Of a DNA stretch of 64,000 bases, positions 45,557 to 57,000 are shown piece by piece. The DNA comes from an uncultured Acidobacteriota bacterium (GTDB lineage: Bacteria > Acidobacteriota > UBA6911). The DNA is taken from assembly GCA_963827655.1 (NCBI GenBank), contig CAWHCF010000049.1, positions 128,001 through 192,000 on the forward strand, written 5' to 3'. How positions within the stretch are numbered: the stretch's first letter is position 1; every line of letters starts with the position of its first letter. Made by a program: the position numbers and the translations under genes. The notes beneath the pieces were generated by a model. It was not told where the DNA came from. It was given only the letters and a program-made list of their open reading frames with translations, and searched no databases.

Positions 45557-46291
45557 ATGAACTTTAAACGAAGAGTTTTCGGAGTTGCGATCCTGTTCTG
45601 GATTTCGGTCGCCGCGTCATGGCAGGCGCCCCGGCAATCGCCTTACAGTGTCCTTCGGACGTCGTCGAGCATCAATGTCGACGGCAAACTGGAGGATGCC
45701 CCCTGGGCGGCAGCGCCGGACGTGGGCGACTTCGTGGTCAATCGTGACGGTTCGCCGAGCCAGCACAAGACCCAGGCCAAGGTGCTGTACGATGACAGCT
45801 TTCTGTATTTTGCGTTCCGGTGTGCCGACCAGAACATCTGGTCCACCATGAAGAAGCGCGATCAGCGCCTCTGGGAAGAAGAAGTCGTGGAGGTCTTTCT
45901 CAAGGCGGATCCGAACCAGACCAGCTATATCGAGTTGGAGGTAAATCCGCTTGGAACCATGATCGACATCTTTCTGCTCGACGTTCGCAAGCCTCTGCGC
46001 TTCGAGAGCTGGAATAGCGAGAAACTGAAGTGGGCTGTCCAGGTAGACGGCACGGTCGACGGCAAAGACGGCGATAGGGAATGGACGTGCGAAATCGCTC
46101 TTCCTATGGAAGACATCGTCCCGGCGCCGCATAGACCGCCCAAGCCTGGGGACCGCTGGCGGCTCAATCTGTATCGAGTGGAAAAATTGCCCGTCCGCGC
46201 GCTGCTGGCCTGGATTCCTACCTTGAAGGACGATTTTCACCGGCCGGAGATGTTTGGCGAGATTGTCTTCTCAGACCGTCAAGTGCCATAA
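45557..46291 (+). CDS. Carbohydrate-binding family 9-like (DOMON) secreted protein
   Basis: Signal peptide, IxVDGKLEDAPW, EVVEVF, YIELEVNPLG, WRLNLYR. Confidence 0.82.
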   Translation: MNFKRRVFGVAILFWISVAASWQAPRQSPYSVLRTSSSINVDGKLEDAPWAAAPDVGDFVVNRDGSPSQHKTQAKVLYDDSFLYFAFRCADQNIWSTMKKRDQRLWEEEVVEVFLKADPNQTSYIELEVNPLGTMIDIFLLDVRKPLRFESWNSEKLKWAVQVDGTVDGKDGDREWTCEIALPMEDIVPAPHRPPKPGDRWRLNLYRVEKLPVRALLAWIPTLKDDFHRPEMFGEIVFSDRQVP

Positions 46292-46292
46292 C

Positions 46293-46421
46293 AATTGACG
46301 ATTGACGATTGACGATTGACGATTTAAACTTGCGGTTGCTGGCCAATCGTCAATCGAATCGACGGTTTGACGAACGTCTTTTTTTAAAAATCGTAAATCG
46401 TCAATCGTAAATCGTCAATCG
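46293..46421. repeat. Heptamer palindromic element, family A
   Basis: 4 units of TTGACGA at 46295-322, an internal TCGTCAA, and terminal TCGTAAA-TCGTCAA-TCGTAAA-TCGTCAA supplying the gltA stop. Confidence 0.95.
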
Positions 46422-47689
46422 GGATAGCGCCGTTTGGAAGGTCCCTGGTAAATCTGCCTGGGCCGGGCTATTTTCTGTTCGGAGTCCAGGATCATCTCCT
46501 CCCACTGGGCGATCCAGCCGCAGGTTCTCGGAATGGCAAACATCACGGGGAACATGTCGACCGGCAAGCGCATGCTCTGGTAAATCAGCCCCGAGTAGAA
46601 GTCGACGTTCGGGTATAGCTTGCGCGAGACAAAATACTCATCCTCGAGTGCGATACGTTCCAGTTCGAGCGCAACTTCCAGCAGCGGATTGGGCCCCATC
46701 ACCTCGAAGACTTTATCGGCCACCTGTTTGATGATCTTGGCCCGCGGATCATAAGATTTGTAGATCCGGTGCCCGAAACCCATGAGGCGCCCTTCACCCC
46801 GCTTCACCTTCTGAATGAATTCAGGAACGTTCCCTTTCGACCCTACCTGATTCAGCATGCGCAGGACGGCCTCGTTGGCGCCGCCATGCAGCGGTCCGTA
46901 GAGCGCGGCTGTCGCCGCCGCTATCGCCGCGTAGGGATCCACGTGGGAGCTTCCCACGCTGCGCATCGCGTTTGTGCTGCAGTTCTGTTCATGGTCTGCG
47001 TGGAGGATGAAGAGAACTTCGAGAGCGCGTTCGAGCACAGGATGGGGTCTGTACTTCAGCTCGGTCATCTTGAACAGCATGTTAAGGAAATTTCCCGTGT
47101 AGCTCAGGTCGTTATCGGGATAGGCATAAGGAAGACCAACGCTGTGCCGGTAACAGAACGCCGCAATGGTCGGCATCTTGGCGATCAGGCGAAAGGTCTG
47201 CTCCCGGCGAATCTGTGAATCGAAAATGTTTTTGGCGTCGGGGTAAAAGGTCGACAGCGCTCCCACGATACTCAGGAGCATCCCCATTGGATGCGCGTCG
47301 TGATGAAAGCCGTCAATCAACTTCTTGATGTTCTCGTGAATCAGCGTGTGATTCTTGATATTGTGCACCCATTCCGCCAGATGGGCTTTTTCCGGGAGCT
47401 CTCCGTGAAGGATTAAATAAGCAGTTTCAAGGTAGGTGCTTTTCTCTGCCAGTTCTTCAATCGGATACCCGCGGTATTCGAGAATGCCCCGGTCACCATC
47501 GATAAACGTGATCTTGCTGCGACATGAGGCCGTATTGGTAAAGGCCGGGTCATACGTCATCAGCCCAAAATCGTTCAAGGAGGTCTTGATCTGGCGCAGG
47601 TCCATGGCGCGTACGGTTCCATCTTGAATCGGAATCTCGAAACTCTTTCCGGTCCGGTTATCGGTGATAGTCAGGGTGTCTTTGGGCAT
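46415..47689 (-). CDS. gltA: Citrate synthase
   Basis: HADHEQNCST, GPLHGGAN, GFGHRIYK, YPNVDFYSG. Confidence 0.96.
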   Translation of the reverse strand: MPKDTLTITDNRTGKSFEIPIQDGTVRAMDLRQIKTSLNDFGLMTYDPAFTNTASCRSKITFIDGDRGILEYRGYPIEELAEKSTYLETAYLILHGELPEKAHLAEWVHNIKNHTLIHENIKKLIDGFHHDAHPMGMLLSIVGALSTFYPDAKNIFDSQIRREQTFRLIAKMPTIAAFCYRHSVGLPYAYPDNDLSYTGNFLNMLFKMTELKYRPHPVLERALEVLFILHADHEQNCSTNAMRSVGSSHVDPYAAIAAATAALYGPLHGGANEAVLRMLNQVGSKGNVPEFIQKVKRGEGRLMGFGHRIYKSYDPRAKIIKQVADKVFEVMGPNPLLEVALELERIALEDEYFVSRKLYPNVDFYSGLIYQSMRLPVDMFPVMFAIPRTCGWIAQWEEMILDSEQKIARPRQIYQGPSKRRYPD

Positions 47690-47786
47690 AAAGCGGTTCT
47701 CCAGCGTGAGTGCGGCAGGGGGCGCCGGATCGCGACGGCGTATCCGCTGGCAAGATAGCACGACCTCTTTGAGAAGGGGAAGCTAT

Positions 47787-47887
47787 CGATTGCAGATTTC
47801 GGATTGCAGATTGCGGATTGAAACCTGCTTCGCCCCTGGGAAAGTCTTTTGTTCAATCCGCAATCCGCAATCCGCAATCCGCAATCG
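47787..47887. repeat. Heptamer palindromic element, family B
   Basis: 36-nt arms CGATTGCAGATTTCGGATTGCAGATTGCGGATTGAA and TTCAATC(CGCAATC)4G. Confidence 0.95.
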
Positions 47888-47953
47888 GCTGGCTCTTTAC
47901 ATCGGGTGATGAATTCGCTACCGTTCCTTCGTCAAAGCGAGTGGCAGGGAACC

Positions 47954-49327
47954 ATGAAAAAGATTCTGATAGTTGTCCTCGGAAGCGTGCTCTCGTTTCT
48001 CGCCCTGCATATGCCAGGTCCGTCGCGCGAGAATCGCTCCGGCCATCCGGATCTACTGGCGTCGGAACTTACACCCGAAGAGAAGGGATTTCGCAACCTG
48101 ACCGAGCGCGCATATGGCGTTTCGATGGTAAATCCGAAAGTCTTCGAGAAAATCTGGACGGTTTGGGAACCGGAGTGGAAATCGAAGGTGGATCCCCAGG
48201 ACCCGGCGCAAATCCGGAGGCTTGCGTTCGAGCGCTATGGTTTTTCAGAGGCTCCGTATCCCAACGGCGGGTTGCCGATGCAGTATGTAGCAACGGAAAA
48301 GGGGTGGGTTCCGACCTGCATGCAATGCCACGGCGGGAGGCTGCCCGGGAGCGGCGAGAGCGTTATCGGCCTTCCCAACACGGAAATCGACTTGGCCACG
48401 CTGGCTGAGGATCTCTCGAAGAGCTTTGGTCTGAGTTCGGACCAGAGCCGGCTTGGACAGACTCGAGGCCGAACCAACGCATTTGTGTTCAGTATAGAGC
48501 TGCTCCGGATGCGCAATGAAGACCTTTCAAAACGCTCTTCCCCGCTGGATATGGGGACCTACAAGAGTTCCGATCTCGATGCCATTCCCTGGTGGCATCT
48601 CAAGAAGAAGAACCGCCTGTATGCGGACGGCGGTCTCACCGGCGATTTTGCGAGAGCCATTATGCAGTTCACGCTCGCCGGACCTACCGGAGAGCAGATC
48701 AGGTCCTGGGAACCCGACTTTGTCGATATCCTCGCCTATTTGCGTTCGATTGAACCTCCCAAGTACCCGTGGCCTATCAATAAAGAGTTGGCTGCCGATG
48801 GAAAGAAGGTTTTTGACGGAACGTGCTCCGCGTGTCACGGGACTTACGGTCCGGGCGGAAAGTATCCCAACCGGGTAGTCCCTGTTGACATAATCGGCAC
48901 CGATCCAGTTCGGTTCACCGGAGTTCCACCGGAGTTCCGGCGCTACTACAACCGGACCTGGTTTGGCGAACGGGCACGCGCCAATGGGGAAACTCAGGGG
49001 TACGTCGCTCCTCCGCTCGATGGGATCTGGGCCTCGGCTCCCTACTTTCATAATGGATCAGTTCCGACGATCTATGGGGTTCTCTCTCCGGAAAGCCGTC
49101 CCAGGTACTTCCGCAGAATTGGAGCGCCCAAGGGGTATGACACAGCCAAACTGGGGCTCACCATCGAGGTGTTAAACGGTCCTCCCCCGGGCGGGCTTGC
49201 GCCCGAAGCGCGCCGTCGCATCGTGGATACCACCCGGCCCGGGCTCGGCAATGGAGGGCATACCTTCGGGGCGTCTCTGACCGAGTCAGAAAAGCTCCAG
49301 GTCATCGAATACCTCAAGACGCTTTAA
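47954..49327 (+). CDS. Secreted di-heme cytochrome c (RoxA/cytochrome c peroxidase-like)
   Basis: Signal peptide, CMQCH and CSACH, LDGIWASAPYFHNGSVPT. Confidence 0.82.
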   Translation: MKKILIVVLGSVLSFLALHMPGPSRENRSGHPDLLASELTPEEKGFRNLTERAYGVSMVNPKVFEKIWTVWEPEWKSKVDPQDPAQIRRLAFERYGFSEAPYPNGGLPMQYVATEKGWVPTCMQCHGGRLPGSGESVIGLPNTEIDLATLAEDLSKSFGLSSDQSRLGQTRGRTNAFVFSIELLRMRNEDLSKRSSPLDMGTYKSSDLDAIPWWHLKKKNRLYADGGLTGDFARAIMQFTLAGPTGEQIRSWEPDFVDILAYLRSIEPPKYPWPINKELAADGKKVFDGTCSACHGTYGPGGKYPNRVVPVDIIGTDPVRFTGVPPEFRRYYNRTWFGERARANGETQGYVAPPLDGIWASAPYFHNGSVPTIYGVLSPESRPRYFRRIGAPKGYDTAKLGLTIEVLNGPPPGGLAPEARRRIVDTTRPGLGNGGHTFGASLTESEKLQVIEYLKTL

Positions 49328-49341
49328 CCCGCCTTTCAGTT

Positions 49342-49376
49342 CTGGTGTTTCTTCGTGTCTTCGCGTCTTTGTGGTC
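49342..49376 (-). repeat. Family E repeat
   Basis: Reverse complement is GACCACAAAG-ACGCGAAG-ACACGAAG-AAACACCAG. Confidence 0.85.
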
Positions 49377-49449
49377 CCTGGCACACCGAAGAAACAGCAA
49401 GAATCTTGTTCTCGTGAAATTATCGGGCTGATGACGAAACAATAAGGGC

Positions 49450-50934
49450 ATGACTCTTGAGCCAAGCACCTGGCGCGACCAGGAAGGGCTGGCCATCTTG
49501 ATGTCCCTGATCGCGCTCTCGCTCTTCTCGCTTCTGGGGCTTTACATGGCGATCAACGCCACTACCGAAGTGCGCGTCAGCGACAATTACGAGAGCCAGG
49601 TGCAGGCCCGATTCGCGGCACAGGCCGGTTTGAATCATGCGCGGGAGCTGCTCCGTGGCCTGCGATTCGATTACCACTTGAAGGGACCGGACGGGCTCAT
49701 CGACGCCGGCCCGACCGATCTCGTTCAAGCCAGGACGTATGCCTTTCGGAACCCTCTGGACTGGGCGACCGCGCGTTCCATAAACATCCTTGATCCGCCA
49801 AGCGATGTTGCCGCTGCCGGCGACGACGGGGTTTTGAACACCGGAAAGTACGGAACCAGGGACGGGACGGCCTTGATTCCTCGGACCGGAATAGCGCATA
49901 CAACGCCGCATCCCAACGGGGGTGGCTTGCTTACGACCTCGCGTTATTTCGTCAAGGTCACCGACAACAATCGCGAAGCCTCCGAGCTTGGCGTGGACCT
50001 GGCGGACGATCCGTTTGTGGACGGTGACGGAATCGTTGTCGTGCGTTCGATGGGGGTGGCACAGACGATCCTCGAAAAGACGGGCGCGAACTTGCGTCGG
50101 AATTCAGTCGCCCTGTTTGAAGCACGCTACAAAATCCGCACTGTATTCAACCTCGATGCTGCCCTTGTGGTGCAGGGAAATATAGTTCTCCCATCAGAGT
50201 CCGTCATGTTCAACGGCGCCTCGTTCTTGATCCAGGGGGGTGCAATCAACAGGGGGATAGCGACAATCGACGTGGAGACTACTGATAGTCTGTCGCCAGC
50301 GCAGGCGATATCCTCGAAACTGCGCGGCTCACAAACGAACAACGTTCAGGGAGCCGGCCTGATACCCTCAATTCAGGACATGACCAATTCCATTGTCGCC
50401 CATAGCGAGAAGAAATCCCTGCTGGACAGAGCCTTCATGTGGAATTTTGTCACGAACGCGGCGCCCGGATTCGCGGATACTACCGTCAACGGCAACCAGT
50501 CATGGTCCGGAGGGAACGCGCCCTATCTGGGACGCTACGACGTGGGCCGGGCGGCGAATGATCCTGTGCAGGACCCAAGAGTGACGCTGGTAAATGGCGA
50601 TCTTTCGATAAGCGGGAACGTCACCGGGGGAGGGATCCTGCTGGTGCGGGGCAAGTTTTCGGCAGCCGGCTCATTCAGCTATAGCGGGTTGATTCTGGTC
50701 ATAGGAGCCGGCGATATAAGCCTTGAGGATCTAAGCGCCGGAATCAATGGCGGAATATACGTCGTGAATCTGGCGAACTCGGGAGGCGGTCTGAGCTGGG
50801 GCATCCCGAAGATGACGATATCGGGAACCTGCAATATCATCATGAATAGAGACGCGATTGACGCTGCGGCGCGGCTGATTCCTCCCGCTCAGATCAGCTG
50901 GCGTGAAGTCACCAGCATCATGGATCCCCCGTGA
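49450..50934 (+). CDS. PilX N-terminal domain protein (pilin-like)
   Basis: QEG-LAILMSLIALSLFSLLG prepilin-like start, ARFAAQAGL, C-terminal SWREV. Confidence 0.72.
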   Translation: MTLEPSTWRDQEGLAILMSLIALSLFSLLGLYMAINATTEVRVSDNYESQVQARFAAQAGLNHARELLRGLRFDYHLKGPDGLIDAGPTDLVQARTYAFRNPLDWATARSINILDPPSDVAAAGDDGVLNTGKYGTRDGTALIPRTGIAHTTPHPNGGGLLTTSRYFVKVTDNNREASELGVDLADDPFVDGDGIVVVRSMGVAQTILEKTGANLRRNSVALFEARYKIRTVFNLDAALVVQGNIVLPSESVMFNGASFLIQGGAINRGIATIDVETTDSLSPAQAISSKLRGSQTNNVQGAGLIPSIQDMTNSIVAHSEKKSLLDRAFMWNFVTNAAPGFADTTVNGNQSWSGGNAPYLGRYDVGRAANDPVQDPRVTLVNGDLSISGNVTGGGILLVRGKFSAAGSFSYSGLILVIGAGDISLEDLSAGINGGIYVVNLANSGGGLSWGIPKMTISGTCNIIMNRDAIDAAARLIPPAQISWREVTSIMDPP

Positions 50935-51146
50935 GAAAATGCCACCGAAGCAGATCGGAACATGCGGTCCGGGCGGAACTATCGGTAGGGACAAGAAGAA
51001 TTTCCTGGCCGAGCGTTCCATTCTGCGCGAAGATGACACCATGAACCGCCTTGATCCGCAGCGGGCCCGAGTGAGGGAAATGCTTCTAGAAGTCGCAGGG
51101 GTCGCGCACGCTTGAGCTGCGCGGAGACAGGAGACAGAGGATAACG

Positions 51147-51350
51147 ATGCCAGCACTGAAAACATTTAAAGGAACTTCCAAGAACGGCAACGTGCAGAAG
51201 GCGCTAGACCTTGCAATACAGGCCGCGCAACAGGCCGCCCCCGGCGCCGACCGATTGATCGAGTGGACCTTGAAGGAAATCTCAGGCCGCCAGGGCGGGA
51301 TCACGGGCCTCAAGGAGGCGACTGTGGTAATCAAGGCCCGAGTGGTCTGA
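51147..51350 (+). CDS. Small dodecin-like protein
   Basis: 67 aa. GTS...VQKALDLAI and W..KEISG resemble dodecin. GAGG SD upstream. Confidence 0.55.
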   Translation: MPALKTFKGTSKNGNVQKALDLAIQAAQQAAPGADRLIEWTLKEISGRQGGITGLKEATVVIKARVV

Positions 51351-51505
51351 ACGAACGCCTGCAGCTTGCGCAGCATCTACGCCCGTGTTGCGTCGTGGCG
51401 CGTATTAATGCCTCGGATGTTCAGTCACGTTGACACCACGCGTCGACGATGAGCCAGGACAACCGACACACACCGAACGCCGAAGCGTCGCCGATGGGAC
51501 CTGGG

Positions 51506-52150
51506 CTACGGAGCGTCGGGTCTCATTCTTCGATCAATGACCGCGTCCGATAGTTCGTTCACATCATCGTGGAGTCTCGGAAAATATTGAACGAGAGCAT
51601 TGCCACAGCTCTCGATTGCAGCGCATATACCCTCGCGGGCCTTTCCGCTGTGAATGCCCTCAATGATGCGATCCCTGACTTCATCCCAGTGGTGATCTCC
51701 GAGCTTCTCATGGATCCCTCGGTCCCCCAGGACTACGACACGCCTCTCGAAGCATGAAAGAAGAATCAGAACGCCGTTGGAGTCCCGTGTTCGATGTAGG
51801 CCGCTGGAGTAGAATTCGGTAAAGGCCGCGTCACGAACGCGCGCGTCCATTTCCGCCGCCGAGATAAACCAGCGCCGCCAGGATACTTTGGAAAAAAGGG
51901 CGTAAAAGCCCGCAAAAGATATGAGTTCGATCCAAAGCAGCAGGCTGATGGAGTGTATCAAAGGAAGGGCCAGGTACGTGGCGGCGCTCGCCACCATACC
52001 CGCCAGCGCGGCCTGAAGAGTCGCGTGGCGGTACTTTGCCGCCGCGTCGGTCAGGGAAAATACGATCTCGCCCGAGGTAGAGGATTCAGCCTTCCGGATG
52101 ACCTCTGCTATAGCCAGCTTGTCTGATTCCGATAACAGGCTCTTTGCCAT
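51506..52150 (-). CDS. TPM domain protein
   Basis: IAEVIRKAESSTSGEIV, NGVLI, DRGI, NELSD. Confidence 0.85.
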   Translation of the reverse strand: MAKSLLSESDKLAIAEVIRKAESSTSGEIVFSLTDAAAKYRHATLQAALAGMVASAATYLALPLIHSISLLLWIELISFAGFYALFSKVSWRRWFISAAEMDARVRDAAFTEFYSSGLHRTRDSNGVLILLSCFERRVVVLGDRGIHEKLGDHHWDEVRDRIIEGIHSGKAREGICAAIESCGNALVQYFPRLHDDVNELSDAVIDRRMRPDAP

Positions 52151-52164
52151 ATCTACCAAGAATC

Positions 52165-52200
52165 AACCACGAAGACTCAAAGACTCGAAGAAACGTTAAG
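52165..52200 (+). repeat. Family E repeat
   Basis: AACCACGAAG-ACTCAAAG-ACTCGAAG-AAACGTTAAG. Confidence 0.88.
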
Positions 52201-52203
52201 AAC

Positions 52204-53132
52204 CTACCAGTTTCCCGAAGATCCACCGCCGCCAAAACTCCCGCCACCGCCCGAGAATCCTCCGCCGCCCGAAAACCTCCGCCGGAAAAACCGCCGAAAT
52301 CGCCCGAACCCCCGGAGCCCGGGTACCATGGGCCGATCGCTCCACCCCATCGCCGGCGGCCGGGCCCCCTTCGGCCGGCGCGCGCAACAGCGCCGAGAAA
52401 AGCGCCGGCGACCGCTCCAATCGGCGCGCCCAGCAGCAATCCAAACCATCCCATCCCCATAACCATGCTCATCACGATGGCTCCGGCAGCGGCTCCCAGG
52501 ATTCCACCTCCCCATTTGCCGACCGCGCCCAGAACCCACAGAAATGGGATAAAGAGAAAAATGATCCAGTCGAAAGATCTCCTTCCACCGGATCGATTAG
52601 AACGTGGACGGCTGGGCTCGGCCTGATACGTTCCCCGCACCACCTGGATTATTCCCGTGATTCCGGCCTCGATGCCCGAGTAGAAGTCACCGGTCTTGAA
52701 ATGCGGAATCATGTTGTTTTGAATGATACGCCGGCTCCGCGCATCCGTCAGGGTTGGCTCCAGTCCATATCCAACCTCGATCCGGATCTTTCTCTCCTTC
52801 ATCGCGATCAGGACAAGCGCGCCGTTATCGCGTCCCTTCTGTCCAAGCTTCCAGGCGCTGGCCACTTTATGCGAATACTCTTCCAGTTGCTCCTCTTCCA
52901 GCGTGGGAATAACGAGAACCGCCACCTGAGTCGAATCTTTAGACTCGAGTTCCTGGAGCTTCGCTTCCAAGGCGCGGACCTGTTCCTCGGAAAAAACGCC
53001 GGCCAGATCCGTGACGCGGGCCTCCAGCTTGGGAACGTCGAGGGCGAACGCAGTATGGCCGAGCAGAATCAGCAGTGCCAACGTAACCCGCAAGGTGCGC
53101 GCTCTCACGCTTGAGACTCCATGTATTTCCAT
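52204..53132 (-). CDS. TPM domain (YgcG-like) membrane protein with Gly-rich tail (frameshift near 52270)
   Basis: VTDLAG, WKLGQKGRDNG, RIEVGYGLE, tail GGGGSFGGGGSSGNW. Confidence 0.88.
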
Positions 53133-53165
53133 CCCGACCGGCGTATTGAAATATTCGCGCTTCGC

Positions 53166-53769
53166 CTAACGGCTGAAATCCACCACGGGCGCCTTCTCGC
53201 TTCCTGGAGTGCCCTGGAAATATTGCTTCTCGGCAAATCGGAAGAAGACCGGCGACCAGGTTGGACGGAAATAGTTTGATCCGCGTGTTGTATTGCTGCG
53301 CCGACTCGTTGAAGCGTTTGCGCTCGACGGTAATTCGGTTCTCCGAGCCCTCGAGCTGGCTTTGCAGTTCCAGGAAGTTCTGGTTGGCTTTCAAATCCGG
53401 ATACCTCTCGACGACTACCAGGAGTCGCTGAAGAGCGCTCCCGAGACCGGCCTGAGCCTGCTGGAATTTTTGAAACTCCGCCGGATTATTCAGGATTTCC
53501 GGCGTGGCCTGGATGGAACCGACCTGGGATCGGGAGGCGGTGACGGCTTGCAGGACCTCACTCTCGTGCGCCGCGTAGCCTTTTACCGTGGCGACCAGGT
53601 TCGGAATCAAATCCGCCCGCCGCTGATAAACATTCTGGACCTGCCCCCATTTGGCGTTCACATCCTGTTCGAGGGTCACAATCTCGTTGTAAGTGCTGCG
53701 TAACGAAAACCCTCCAATCAAGAGCACAAGGACGATCGCGCCGGCACAACCTATCAACCCTTTTTTCAT
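53166..53769 (-). CDS. lemA: LemA family protein (frameshift near 53245)
   Basis: YQRRADLIPNLV, ERYPDLKAN, LEGSENRI. Confidence 0.92.
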
Positions 53770-53944
53770 GGTTCCCCCTCCCGTTTAGAGGAAAGTTCGC
53801 GACATATACTTGCCCGGCTGCGATTCTATTCGAACTGAGTTTTCGCAGGGCCGCTTACCTGATGCACAATCATACCGTTATTGCCGGCCGCCGGGCGAAT
53901 TTTGTAAGTCTACTGCCAGAACGATGCAGCCGGCCGCCGCAACC

Positions 53945-53979
53945 CACCACGAAGGCTCCAAGACACGAAGAAACGCTGG
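53945..53979 (+). repeat. Family E repeat
   Basis: CACCACGAAG-GCTCCAAG-ACACGAAG-AAACGCTGG. Confidence 0.82.
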
Positions 53980-53997
53980 CTCGAAAGCTGTAAGATA

Positions 53998-54027
53998 TTG
54001 ACAGGAATCAACCACCGTACTCATAAT
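53998..54027 (+). promoter_or_regulatory. Putative sigma70 promoter of the TBDR gene
   Basis: TTGACA, 18-nt spacer, CATAAT, about 25 nt upstream of the ATG at 54052. Confidence 0.6.
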
Positions 54028-54051
54028 CTGGTAAAATCAGCGGGGGTGTCC

Positions 54052-57000
54052 ATGCGAAACATAGGGAAACAAACCTGGATGGCGTGGCTTGCGTTCGCTC
54101 TGTTTATCAACGTAGTGCCTGCTTCGGCAGACGTCACCGGCTCCATCAGCGGGGTGGTGAAGGATTCGACCGGCGCCATAGTCCCCGGAGCCGAGCTGGT
54201 CGCCACGAACGTGGGGACAAACGCCACTTATAGCGCTCTCAGCGACGAGTCCGGAGTCTACGTGGTCCGGGCCATCCCGATAGGACTCTACAACCTGTCG
54301 GCCGAAGCGCGCGGCTTCAAGAAATTCGAATCTAAAGGCATCCGGGTCCAGGTCAACGAAGTAGCGCGGGTAGACGTCGCCCTGACGGTAGGCGAGACTT
54401 CGGAGACAATCGTCGTATCCAGCAAAGTCACCCACGTTGATACCGAATCTTCTACTCTCAAGACCGTGGTGGACCAGCGGAGGATCGAGGATCTTCCTCT
54501 GAACGGCAGGAATCCGACTCAGCTCATGCGGCTCGTAGCCGGTGTCCAGGCTGATCCCAGGGCTGACGTGTTGTCAGGGACCACCTATCCGGGCGTAGTT
54601 CCGGTTTCGGTAAATGGCGGCCGGGCCAACACAACGAATTACGTTCTCGACGGCGGACAGAACAACGATCACTACAGCAACGCGCCCAACCCCATGCCGA
54701 ACCCGGATGCCTTGCAGGAGTTCAGTGTTCAAACCAACAACTTCAGCGCCGAATTCGGACGAAACGTGGGCGGAATCGTCAACGCCGTCACGAAGTCGGG
54801 AACCAACAAGCTGCACGGGACCGCATTCGAGTACGTGCGCAATCATGCGCTCAACGCGGCCAACTTCTTTTCGCCCATCAACGCACAGGGCGAAAAACAG
54901 GACGACGGCCTGAAGCGCAACCAGTTTGGAGCCACGCTGGGAGGACCGGTCTGGTTAGGCCCGCTTTACGATGGACGCGACCAGACCTTTTTCTTCTTCT
55001 CGTATCAGGGAACGCTCGATCGCAGAACGCCGCAATCCGTCCAGCGCGTGGTTCCCACTGAAGCGCAAAGGCGCGGTGATTTCTCGGCGCTCTCCAGGCA
55101 GCTTCGAAATCCTTTCACGGGCGCAAACTATCCCAACAATCAGATTCCGTTATCCGATTTCAATCCTGTGTCTAAATTCATCACCGACAATTATCTTCCT
55201 GTGCCCTCCGCCGGTGGAAATACGATCGCGTTTGCCGACACTGACCAACCTTGATGACCATCAAACCATGGTCCGGGGAGACCATAAGCTTTCCACCAAC
55301 AATACGCTGAGCGGCCGATTCTGGGTCTCCAACGCCAGCCAGCCCGCCTTTCTCGATTCGAAGAACTACCTGGCTCAGAGTACGGGAAGAACCTGGCGCA
55401 ATACCAGCGTCGTGATCGGCGACACGCACGCGTTCGGAGCCACGGTCCTGAACAGCGCGCTCTTCAGCTTCAACCGGACCAACGGAAACAACTTCCAGGT
55501 CTCTTCCGGACAGGAGCCTCACGGATCTGGGAGTCAAGATGTACAACGACCAGACCCCGCAATACCACCTGACCGTGGACGGATACTTCATGATCAATAC
55601 CGGGGACACGAACACGTTTCTTCGGGACGAGTACCAGATAAGCGATACGATTCGCTGGTCGAAAGGCAAGCACCAGATCAGCCTGGGCGGCGAGTATGGA
55701 CGGGGTATTGGCGATGTCGTCAATAATTTCCGCGCCAACGGCCAGTTCGGGTGGAGTGGCGCGGCCCCCTTCACCGGCGATGCGCTCGCCGACTTCTTCG
55801 TGGGCAAGTTCAACAGCTCTGGTCCCAGGGAATTGGCGAATACAAAAAGACGCGCTTCGATATTCTCGCGCTTTTCTTCCAGGACAGCATTCGTCTCACC
55901 AACCGGCTTACAGTGGATCTGGGCCTCCGGTGGGATCCCTTCTTTCCCTACACAGACGTGGATGGGAAGCTCTCGGCGTGGAGACCGGGTCAAGAGTCGA
56001 CGCGATACGTCAATGCCCCGGTCGGAATTCTTTACCCGGGTGATGCCGGCTTGCCTGACGGGGGTTACGATACATCCTGGAACAACTTTGGGCCTCGCTT
56101 CGGTTTTGCATGGGATCTCTTCGGAGACGGCAAGACAAGCCTGCGCGGCGGCTACGGTATCTTCTACGATCGGTCCAACACGATCTCGACCAACAGCCAG
56201 GCCAACCAGGGACCCTTCGGTACTCTGGTCACGATCAACGGAAACGCCGCCAACACCTTCAGCGATCCGTACTTGGGTGCGACGAATCCGTTTCCGGCCA
56301 GCACAAATCCGCCGCCCGACGTAGCCTTTGTTCTGCCTCATGTCGCCTTTGTGTATGAGGCCAATATGCGAAACCCTTACATCCAGGCTTGGAACCTCAC
56401 GCTCGAGCGGGAGGTGGGATGGGGATTCGTCGCCCGGGGGGCCTATGCGGCGTCGAAAGGGACGCACCTGGTGATCGGCCGGGAAGGGAATCCTGCCATC
56501 TTCGCGCCTGGCGTCACCACGGCCACAACCAACCAGCGCCGGCCGCTATTTCCAAATTTCGGCCAGGTGACGCTCGTCGAAGGGACGGGGAATTCAACGT
56601 TCCATTCGATGCAGTTGACGGCAGAGAGAAGATTCAATCAGGGCTTCTCGATCCTCACGAATTACATGTTCTCAAAGAGCATCGATGACAGTTCCGCCAA
56701 TAAAGCGACCGGCCAGACGCGCGTCGGCATCTACGATCAGTCGTTCGACCGGGGTCCGTCTGATTTCGATCACAGCCATGTGTTCACCTCCTCGAGCCTC
56801 TGGGAGATTCCGGGGCGACTCGACAATCGTCTCGCGAATGCTTTCGTGGGCGGCTGGAACCTGACTTCAATCATTACGCTTCAGAGTGGGTTCCCCTTCA
56901 CCGTCGCGAGTGGCGTTGATAATGCTCGAAGCGGCACAGGTAGCCAGAGGGCTGACCTGGTCGGAGACCCCATTCTCCCGGACAATCGCAGCCGGGGTGA

